The notes below the pieces were generated by a model, which worked only from the letters and a program-made list of their open reading frames with translations, ran no database searches and had not been told where the DNA came from. The translations under genes were made by a program, and so were the position numbers. From assembly GCA_000002435.2 (NCBI GenBank), contig CM018790.1: 64,000 nt of DNA. The stretch is one strand, 5' to 3'. Shown here piece after piece: positions 57,474-64,000 of this stretch. Numbering within the stretch: position 1 is the first letter of the stretch; each line of letters starts with the position of its first letter. The stretch comes from Giardia intestinalis. Lineage: Eukaryota.

Positions 57474-59444
57474 TCAAACAGCTGCTCGACTCTTTATCTG
57501 TTCACGCTGCTTCTGCTCTATCTGGGCAGCAGTGTTCTGCTCAAGGGGTGGCTTCACAAAGCACAGAAGGAGGAGCGACGTAAAGCCATAGAGCAAGAAG
57601 AAGATCGACCCATTGCGCCAGTTCCAGTTGTAGAGCTCACCACCTATGAGCGCCCCTCCAAACCTCCCGATGCTATTTCCGATCTGGAAGAGCCCGAGAA
57701 GCGTCCCGCGGTTCTTCGGTGTCGTATACAGCGTTGCAAACTGGATGAAGAGGGCATCTCCAAGACTAAGCGCAATTGTGTTGAAGGGGAGGAACATTAT
57801 CCACTTGGGAATGGGTGGATCTATTGCCCAACGTAGCAAAGAAGGAAGCATTGCAAAGTAGATAGAAATGACGATGACGCGGAGCTCTCCAATCTTGTTG
57901 GCTATGAGACGAGTCAAGCCAAACGTAAAGCACACAGCGATGATTACAACGACAATGTTCGATAGGGCATTTAGTTGCTTGGATTGTTGTGCATTTGTAA
58001 ACCCGTAGAACTTCGCAATTAGAAAACTCTGGGTGGCAACAGGAAGCTGAGTACAGAAGATCTGGAAGACATATGCAAACCAGAGCAGAATTAGCTCTTT
58101 GTTCTTCAGAATATCTTTGAATGTCACACAGAAGCTATCCCGCCTTACGTTGGCCTTATATGCCTGGGAGTCCGTTTTGCCCATCTTCTTGGCAGCTTTG
58201 CGGGCTATAACGCCTGCAGAAGACTCCTTGAAGAAGCAGGAGAAAACGAGGCCGGCCACTAACAGAGCAATTGCAAGATAGAACGTATGAAGGAACGATT
58301 TCACAGTATCATTTGCGTAGGTCCCGGTGGTGAAGGCAAAAGCAACCACCACAGAAGCTATCCCAGTACCAATTTGTGTCACAATATTGACTGCAATCAG
58401 AGCCATTGGACGCGCACGGGGGCTAGCGAGATCAGCGACAGTAACAAAGCTAATGGGGACAGCATACGCGAAAATACCTGTGGCGAAGCGTATTCCAAGG
58501 ATATAGTTGATCTGTTCTTGGGAATTGATGGAAATATTAGTTGTTGCTTTAAAAATAATCGGTGTGAGTGTAGTTAATCCAAAAGTAAGTATGTACCCTG
58601 CAAAGAGAACTATATAAACTGGCTTGCGGCCAATTATCTCCGATAGCCAGAGCCAGAGTGGACAGAAGAACAGTTGCCCAAGGTTGAAAAATGCCTGTGC
58701 GTTGGCCGTTTGAGATGCATTGGCTCCTAAATTTGTCAAGTAGAATGGAACGGTGAGAGATAATAGACTCAGTGATGTACCAAGGAAGAAGCTCAAAATC
58801 ATGACGTACCATACCTTGTTTGCGCACCAGTTTGGCTTGCTTTGAAGATCCTTATTGTTGTCCATGGCGCTAATGGCCTCTGCGTCAAGGTTGATGACCA
58901 GCTTGACCTCGTCTGGACAGGGCTTGTAGTCCAGGGTGAAGTGGTCTGCGTTCCAGTCGATCTTCGGGGTGCCCATGAGCTTCTCCACATAGACCAAGGA
59001 GGAGAAAAGGTGATCGACGAGCTTGAAGTATGTCTCCGTGGTCGCCAGTTCGGGCGCGGGGTGCAGCGGATCCGGATGCACCCTGTTCATCTCAGTGCAG
59101 TAGTTCTGGTAGCGACGGTGGGCCTCTGCCGGGTCCGCTGCTGGGAGGACCGCTTCGCTAGCTCCCATGGCCTCTGGCAGGTGTAAGTCCATCTTGGGAG
59201 AATCGGCATCCAGGGGCGCGCTGGGTGGCCCGGCTGCTGCGCACCCTGCAGCGCAGACGACGAGCTCCAAGATGTCTGTGCACTGGATACAGTCGCCGAG
59301 GTAGCGGTCTCGGTTGCTGTCTCCGAGTCCGTACGCGTCGAAAGCGTGCCCCGCCGCAGCCACAAGGAGCCTCAGGTACTCGAAGCAGCGATACTGTGTG
59401 CGCGCCCTGGCCTCCCCGGCCGGGTTCAGAACGAGATTTGCCAT
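57474..59444 (-). CDS. major facilitator superfamily (MFS) transporter with a ~170-aa hydrophilic N-terminal extension
   Basis: ATG at 59442-59444 verified after ttcagcttttaaatactaATG. About 12 hydrophobic helices are present. The loop 2-3 motif LWLSEIIGRKPVYIVLF (xxGRKP) is MFS-like. Confidence 0.75.
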   Translation of the reverse strand: MANLVLNPAGEARARTQYRCFEYLRLLVAAAGHAFDAYGLGDSNRDRYLGDCIQCTDILELVVCAAGCAAAGPPSAPLDADSPKMDLHLPEAMGASEAVLPAADPAEAHRRYQNYCTEMNRVHPDPLHPAPELATTETYFKLVDHLFSSLVYVEKLMGTPKIDWNADHFTLDYKPCPDEVKLVINLDAEAISAMDNNKDLQSKPNWCANKVWYVMILSFFLGTSLSLLSLTVPFYLTNLGANASQTANAQAFFNLGQLFFCPLWLWLSEIIGRKPVYIVLFAGYILTFGLTTLTPIIFKATTNISINSQEQINYILGIRFATGIFAYAVPISFVTVADLASPRARPMALIAVNIVTQIGTGIASVVVAFAFTTGTYANDTVKSFLHTFYLAIALLVAGLVFSCFFKESSAGVIARKAAKKMGKTDSQAYKANVRRDSFCVTFKDILKNKELILLWFAYVFQIFCTQLPVATQSFLIAKFYGFTNAQQSKQLNALSNIVVVIIAVCFTFGLTRLIANKIGELRVIVISIYFAMLPSLLRWAIDPPIPKWIMFLPFNTIALSLGDALFIQFATLYTTPKNRGTLLGLFQIGNSIGRFGGALIGGELYNWNWRNGSIFFLLYGFTSLLLLCFVKPPLEQNTAAQIEQKQREQIKSRAAV

Positions 59445-59589
59445 TAGTATTTAAAAGCTGAATTTTTGTAAAACGAACAGTCATATGTATGAGATTTTTA
59501 TGAATAGTCGGAGTGTTTTTCAAAGTACAGAAGATATTTAGTCTCCTGTATATGGAAATTCAAGGATTGCCCACGCAATAATTTACAGC

Positions 59590-59613
59590 ATGTGTAGCTG
59601 ATCAGCTACACAT
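59590..59613. repeat. 24-bp perfect palindrome ATGTGTAGCTGATCAGCTACACAT in the spacer between the LRR gene 3' end and the MFS gene 5' end
   Basis: Read directly from the sequence. The first 12 nt are the exact reverse complement of the last 12. Confidence 0.9.
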
Positions 59614-59642
59614 TGTCTTGAAGTAATTTGTGCGGCTGTAAG

Positions 59643-61472
59643 CTACTGCAGAAGGAGACGCCGCACAATACTGGAGCGGCTACTGCTCACAAAGGACCGG
59701 CGAACATCGACCGACAAAGGGGCCAACGAGGGAAACTCGTCTGCATTATCTGGCGGTATCACTGGTGGATCCATGAATCTAAGAAGACACGTGTTTGGAG
59801 ACGATTGCTTTTGGGTTTTCTCCCGCAGATAAGTGTCTGATGGGAGAGAGATGGCCCTCTTGCTCACATTCTGGAGAGAGTCTGGCCGTTCATGATTGAT
59901 TAGCTGTGGAGGATTTCTACGTCGCACCATGCCACCACTTGCCGGAGAAATTATGCCGTACTGATGCTCAGGGGGCACATAATGTTGGCCCTCAACACTA
60001 TGACCGCTTGTAGACAGCTCAGCTAGCTCCAACAAACTTTTCCTCTCTCGCAATACCCCTAGGTTCTCAGAGCCTGACAAAGAACTATGCGTGCTCCCTC
60101 TCTCAACAATACCATCAACAGGAGAAGTCGCTAAAAGCTTTCGAACAAATTCGGGAGCCACGTAGCTACTATCATTGTCGTCAAAGGATGGGTCTATCAA
60201 CGGATAGGCAGGAAGGCTGGCATGTTCTGGGGACATAATGACTTCCTGGTAGTCGTCATCGGTGATCTCAGCCTGCTCGTCATCAACCCTCTTCTGCTCG
60301 GTTCTCTGATTTCTAAAAGCCACCGCTGCCTGAAGTGAATGGACCATGTTGGTATTGCGACTCAAGTCATCGTTGACCGTATCCTGAAACGCGTCTAAAA
60401 TCCATCCGGAACTGTCTACTGACTTTTGAAAAACAGGAACAGCCTGATTGTTACTTTCATCATTGTTCTTAACGATATTCTCCGCCTCTCCGCTGACCAG
60501 TACAGTTGAAAGAGCGTCCAGTTTGTGAATCCTATGCTCCTCTTTATGCGACTGGACTTGAAGACGTGGGCTTCTGCGGGCTTTCTTCTCGTCGACCGGA
60601 GAGGTGTAGGCGGATACACCCGAGGAAGCAAAGTTACACACATAGAGATCCGGCTGACGCATGCACTGGGAGTCTGTGGTAAGGAGACCACTCTCAGTGT
60701 CAATGCATCGGATGACCCGTGCCCCTAGAAGGAGGCTTAGCGTACGCCTACTGTCAAACAAAAGCCGCTCCCCATACAGGTCCGAAAGGTCCATTCCTAA
60801 GTAGCCAATAGAATTGAAGCGCAATAGCTTTTGTACCAAAGAGAGTGTCATCATCGTGCGTGTGCCGCAAAGATTAATCATCTCCAAGAACAGCGTAGAG
60901 TGTACGTATGATGCTTTAAAGAGATTCTCCAGCAGATAGCAGACACCAGGAGTTGAGAAGGTGTTGCCGTGATAGCTAGGGACTTTCCGTTGCGTCTGCA
61001 TGAACAGCAGCCCAGAGTCGTCAGCCTCAAAGCAAACTGGCTGTAGTAGCGACTTTATTCGGAGGAGACTCACGGTGGAGTCGTGAGAGAATGAGTGGAG
61101 GCTATAAATGCAGTTTCCTATGTTCAATCTTGTGATAGGGGGCCTGTTTTGAATAATGAAGAGAGCTAGGGAGGTAAGGGCCTTGTTGGTAAGCCTGTTA
61201 CATTCCAATGACAAATGTCTTATTCGCGCACGAGAAGGAGAAAATCGCAGCGCACCAAGCAGCTCTTCCAGCAAGGTATCTGTTATGCAGCATCGCACAA
61301 AGGAAAGCTGCTCTAGACGAGCGGATCCCTTGAGGATCTTCAAGAGTGGCCGTAGGGTGGAATGACTGAACGGCAGGTCTATGTCAGAAATGTATAGCTG
61401 CTTTACCTCAATGGGTTTTATCTTCAAATGCCCAAGTCCATCGCAAATGGCTCCGTTGACAAGATAGACCAT
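59643..61472 (-). CDS. leucine-rich-repeat (RNI-like) protein, hypothetical
   Basis: ATG at 61470-61472 verified. The N-terminal 250 aa contain LxxLxLxxNxL-type repeats (LEQLSFVRCCITDTLLEELLGALRFSPSRARIRHLSLECNRLTNKALTSLALFI). C-terminal Ser-rich region. Confidence 0.65.
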   Translation of the reverse strand: MVYLVNGAICDGLGHLKIKPIEVKQLYISDIDLPFSHSTLRPLLKILKGSARLEQLSFVRCCITDTLLEELLGALRFSPSRARIRHLSLECNRLTNKALTSLALFIIQNRPPITRLNIGNCIYSLHSFSHDSTVSLLRIKSLLQPVCFEADDSGLLFMQTQRKVPSYHGNTFSTPGVCYLLENLFKASYVHSTLFLEMINLCGTRTMMTLSLVQKLLRFNSIGYLGMDLSDLYGERLLFDSRRTLSLLLGARVIRCIDTESGLLTTDSQCMRQPDLYVCNFASSGVSAYTSPVDEKKARRSPRLQVQSHKEEHRIHKLDALSTVLVSGEAENIVKNNDESNNQAVPVFQKSVDSSGWILDAFQDTVNDDLSRNTNMVHSLQAAVAFRNQRTEQKRVDDEQAEITDDDYQEVIMSPEHASLPAYPLIDPSFDDNDSSYVAPEFVRKLLATSPVDGIVERGSTHSSLSGSENLGVLRERKSLLELAELSTSGHSVEGQHYVPPEHQYGIISPASGGMVRRRNPPQLINHERPDSLQNVSKRAISLPSDTYLREKTQKQSSPNTCLLRFMDPPVIPPDNADEFPSLAPLSVDVRRSFVSSSRSSIVRRLLLQ

Positions 61473-61567
61473 CTTGTATCACGCAAGGTGTCCGCGTTTT
61501 TTAATAAACTATTTGCAATTTATCGCTAAACTTGGTTCGCTTGAGCTGAGGCTTCGTTCTGTCTTGA

Positions 61568-62767
61568 ATGGGGCCACGATTCATGTTCACAAACCCAGGC
61601 TATTCGTCGCACACTGTAAAGGAAGAAAGTGCGATCGATGCTTGTTGCACGGCAGAGCTTTTACACAACGAAGATATAACTTCTCTCCCCGTAAAGGATC
61701 TCTGTGACTTCACCTCCAGGGAGCTTGAGAAGCCTCTTCTCTCCATACAAGACCTATCCATGAGCATGCAGCTATATTGGCTTTATTGTACGCTTGCTAT
61801 CATCAGCCCTCAAACAGCGGAGAAGTTTCACCAGAGTGTTGCCAACACGCTCCAATCTTGGGTTAGCCCTCACTCTAGCCTTGTGGCTCCACATAGCGGG
61901 TACCAAACGCATGTACTGATCATCTTTGGGGCTACACTATCAGCAGCAACTGCAAGACACTACAGCCTGATGAGTAGAGAAGTTGTGCGTTCCTATCTTA
62001 TCAGCTGTTTCAATAAGACGCTAGGCTGTTTCTGCAGTGACGATCAGTCTCAAGAGAATGACATGCGCGTGGCATATACATGCGTGTCTGTGGGGTACTG
62101 CTATAATTTACTAGAAGATAAAGCCCTATTTGGGGAACCACTCATTTCGTACTTTTTACAGGCTCAAGCATACGATGGGGGATCATGCTCAAACAATTTT
62201 GGCGGAGAATCACATGGTGCATACACGTTCTGCAGCCTTGCTGGCCTGTACATCCTTCTTGGGTGTTCCTCTGCTGCTCTTAGGGATAGGCTTGGAGAGC
62301 GGAGGGTTCTAGACCTCCTTCTATACATACACGCCAAGCAAACGAATCAGGGGGGCTTTGCGGGGCGTAACAACAAACTCGTTGACGGGTGCTACACATA
62401 CTGGATGATGGGCAGTCTATACCTTCTAGTAGGGGATGGGGAGTTCGAAGACTTCATGGTCATAGATGCAGACGCGCTCTATAAGTATGTGTTGCGCTGC
62501 TCCTATGATCGAGGGGCACCAGATGGAAAGAGGGGCATGAGGGACAAACCAGGAGTGCCTAGTGACGCGTATCACAACATGTACACCACTGCTGGATACC
62601 TAATACTATTGAGACTTGCTAGCTTGGACAAGGACAAGACTCGATATTCTCCTGAGCTTCTAGCTGAAGTGGAGGCTCAGAAAGAACTATTTATGCGGCA
62701 CGACCCCTTGTTTAACATCCCGGCAGGATCTGCAAGCGCCATGAGAAACTTTTTCTCTCTGCACTAA
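61568..62767 (+). CDS. protein prenyltransferase beta subunit (FTase/GGTase-I beta-like)
   Basis: ATG at 61568 verified. Several prenyltransferase alpha-alpha toroid repeats are present (GGFAGRNNKLVDGCYTYWMMGSLYLL; QAYDGGSCSNNFGGESHGAYTFCSLAGLYIL). The Zn ligands are arranged as in FNTB: D-x-C-Y (DGCYTYW) and a downstream His (DAYHNMYT). Confidence 0.8.
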   Translation: MGPRFMFTNPGYSSHTVKEESAIDACCTAELLHNEDITSLPVKDLCDFTSRELEKPLLSIQDLSMSMQLYWLYCTLAIISPQTAEKFHQSVANTLQSWVSPHSSLVAPHSGYQTHVLIIFGATLSAATARHYSLMSREVVRSYLISCFNKTLGCFCSDDQSQENDMRVAYTCVSVGYCYNLLEDKALFGEPLISYFLQAQAYDGGSCSNNFGGESHGAYTFCSLAGLYILLGCSSAALRDRLGERRVLDLLLYIHAKQTNQGGFAGRNNKLVDGCYTYWMMGSLYLLVGDGEFEDFMVIDADALYKYVLRCSYDRGAPDGKRGMRDKPGVPSDAYHNMYTTAGYLILLRLASLDKDKTRYSPELLAEVEAQKELFMRHDPLFNIPAGSASAMRNFFSLH

Positions 62768-62780
62768 GGCCTGGGTCCAG

Positions 62781-63884
62781 CTAGTCCAACACATTAGACT
62801 TACTTCTTGCAGAACTATGGCGTGATGGCCTGGATGTTCTGGGAGTAGAAGACATATGGGATCGCTCTCGCTTATTCATAGCTTCCATCCGTTTTTGTAA
62901 GCGAGCAGCTTTTTGCTCCTCTGCACTGAGCCTCTGCCTTTTCTTCTCAAAGTTGATGAGATCGTCGAGCTCGTTATCCAGTTCGTCTCTGTAAGCTTTA
63001 CGTATTTGGTCCCATTCAGTTTGGTTGATGGCAGAGCCTCCTTCCCCGTCTTCATCATTGTAAATTACTCCTTCTCTATCTTCTGGAATAGCCAGTGTAA
63101 TCTGAGCCATGGGGTTTCTTGTCAGCCTACTTGCATGAGAGTGCGAGGAAATCCCTGAAACGGGTCTACTCCGGCCCTGGTTATTCAAAAGTTCTTGCCT
63201 GATGTGCATTAGGCGCCGAGTGGAAGATAACGTATCGTGTGTTCTATTGCTGGTAACAGACACCCCTGAACGTGCCGTTAAGGGCATTTCGTCGAAACTG
63301 GCGTTTCTGATGGACTCTGCAAGCTCAGTCACCATCGTGTTTTCCTGTATTTTACTAGTTATGTCAGAATTAGGCCTGTCCTCTTCCAAGTCATCTATCA
63401 GACCCAGCTGTGCATCTAAGCTATGGGTCAGTATTCGGTATTCCTCGACAGCGGCGAAATACTTGTACTTCAGAATGTAGTACACGAAGAAGATAATTCC
63501 CAGTGCGCCTACGACCCCCTCTCCCAGAGCAAGGATGAAACTGCAGTCGACATCGTCCTGAATGAAGCTAGAGGTTATTGAGACCATTACCATAGATGCT
63601 ACAGTTCTAGTCGTAGAAAGCACGCTGGAAATGGCTATCTTCTTTTCAATTGTAGAAAGAATAATAACAATGTAGTAGGGAGACATCCAAATGCAGGACA
63701 AAATTGCCATTTGGAAAAACTTTTGAAGACTGGGCAAATAGGATTGGAAAATTAGATAGTCCTCGGTGGAAAGAACGTTTTTCATGTTTGGCTGAAGAAA
63801 CGATATGAGCTGCTTTTGAAAGACCAGGGACACAGCAGCTAAGGCACCAGTAAGGACCGTGCTCCAAAGGGCTGTTGCCATCAT
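62781..63884 (-). CDS. polytopic membrane protein with a charged/coiled C-terminal tail. The frame stays open to the window end, so the true 5' end may lie beyond nt 64000.
   Basis: MM start (CATCAT) at 63879-63884 verified, but no stop occurs in-frame between 63885 and 64000. Several hydrophobic helices in the first 150 aa. The C-terminal 120 aa are K/R/E-rich. Confidence 0.55.
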   Translation of the reverse strand: MMATALWSTVLTGALAAVSLVFQKQLISFLQPNMKNVLSTEDYLIFQSYLPSLQKFFQMAILSCIWMSPYYIVIILSTIEKKIAISSVLSTTRTVASMVMVSITSSFIQDDVDCSFILALGEGVVGALGIIFFVYYILKYKYFAAVEEYRILTHSLDAQLGLIDDLEEDRPNSDITSKIQENTMVTELAESIRNASFDEMPLTARSGVSVTSNRTHDTLSSTRRLMHIRQELLNNQGRSRPVSGISSHSHASRLTRNPMAQITLAIPEDREGVIYNDEDGEGGSAINQTEWDQIRKAYRDELDNELDDLINFEKKRQRLSAEEQKAARLQKRMEAMNKRERSHMSSTPRTSRPSRHSSARSKSNVLD

Positions 63885-64000
63885 TATTTCGCTAGCACGG
63901 CCATAGCGCTTGGTGGCTATATTGTAGGAGACAACTGCCGAAAATCCTTTAATAAAGGCTTCTGTGACTGAGCCGTATAGGTCAAGGAAGCGAGCGTAAG

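Noticed and set aside
57402-57836. 144-aa + strand ORF overlapping the 3' end of the MFS transporter gene
   Set aside because: The MFS ORF continues through this region in a long, coherent frame. The + ORF has no support beyond being open. Kept only as part of the long-spacer observation.
1019-59444. N-terminal extensions in the ORF track beginning at GTG/TTG/CTG (e.g. 1019, 13753, 19353, 19800, 29318, 34134, 36465, 45787, 47635, 52793, 52872, 57161)
   Set aside because: This is a eukaryotic nuclear genome. I verified codon by codon that these starts are non-ATG. Downstream in-frame ATGs have the characteristic A/T-rich initiator and give sensible N-termini (signal peptides, a kinase Gly loop, the canonical RPL12 MPP start).
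1-64000. Search for tRNA genes, rRNA, CRISPR arrays, transposon ends or prokaryotic operon signals
   Set aside because: No GTTCGAATC-type T-loops with matching acceptor stems were seen in the ORF-free spacers. No direct-repeat/spacer arrays, terminal inverted repeats flanking an integrase/transposase ORF, or Shine-Dalgarno/rho-independent terminator patterns are present. The window is eukaryotic and the gene content is housekeeping.

Overview
The window is a gene-dense, apparently intron-free stretch of eukaryotic nuclear DNA, and I read it as Giardia intestinalis (lamblia). About 36 protein-coding genes sit on both strands, separated mostly by very short intergenic spacers (1-350 nt).

The main evidence for Giardia:
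- One ORF encodes a cysteine-rich (CXXC) surface protein with a signal peptide, a C-terminal transmembrane helix and the invariant VSP tail CRGKA.
- A 1,000-aa ankyrin-repeat protein resembles the Giardia 'Protein 21.1' family.
- Several giant coiled-coil or low-complexity proteins are present.
- A/T-rich initiator-like sequence sits immediately upstream of most inferred ATGs.
- AGTRAAY-type polyadenylation motifs lie just after several stop codons.

The supplied ORF track starts many ORFs at GTG/TTG/CTG. I re-set starts to the first in-frame ATG wherever I could verify the codon in the sequence. This removes several apparent gene overlaps and exposes N-terminal signal peptides.

Recognisable genes include:
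- a VSP with an internal perfect 243-bp tandem duplication;
- an ER-type DnaJ with signal peptide and zinc finger;
- a CDK, a PHO80-like cyclin, U3 snoRNP IMP3, Mediator Med31, a copine-like vWA protein, SPCS3, a Sly1-like Sec1/Munc18 protein, ribosomal proteins eS25 and uL11, eIF3g, a UBE2G/Ubc7-type E2, Sec23, an MFS transporter, an LRR protein and a prenyltransferase beta subunit;
- a papain-family cysteine protease with an unusual Ser-rich stalk and C-terminal membrane anchor;
- an S28 serine peptidase;
- a folliculin/SMCR8-like longin-DENN candidate.

No rRNA, CRISPR or prokaryotic-style elements are present, and I could not recognise any tRNA by eye. This is an ordinary core chromosomal region rather than an obvious novel system. 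The most interesting items are listed as findings.
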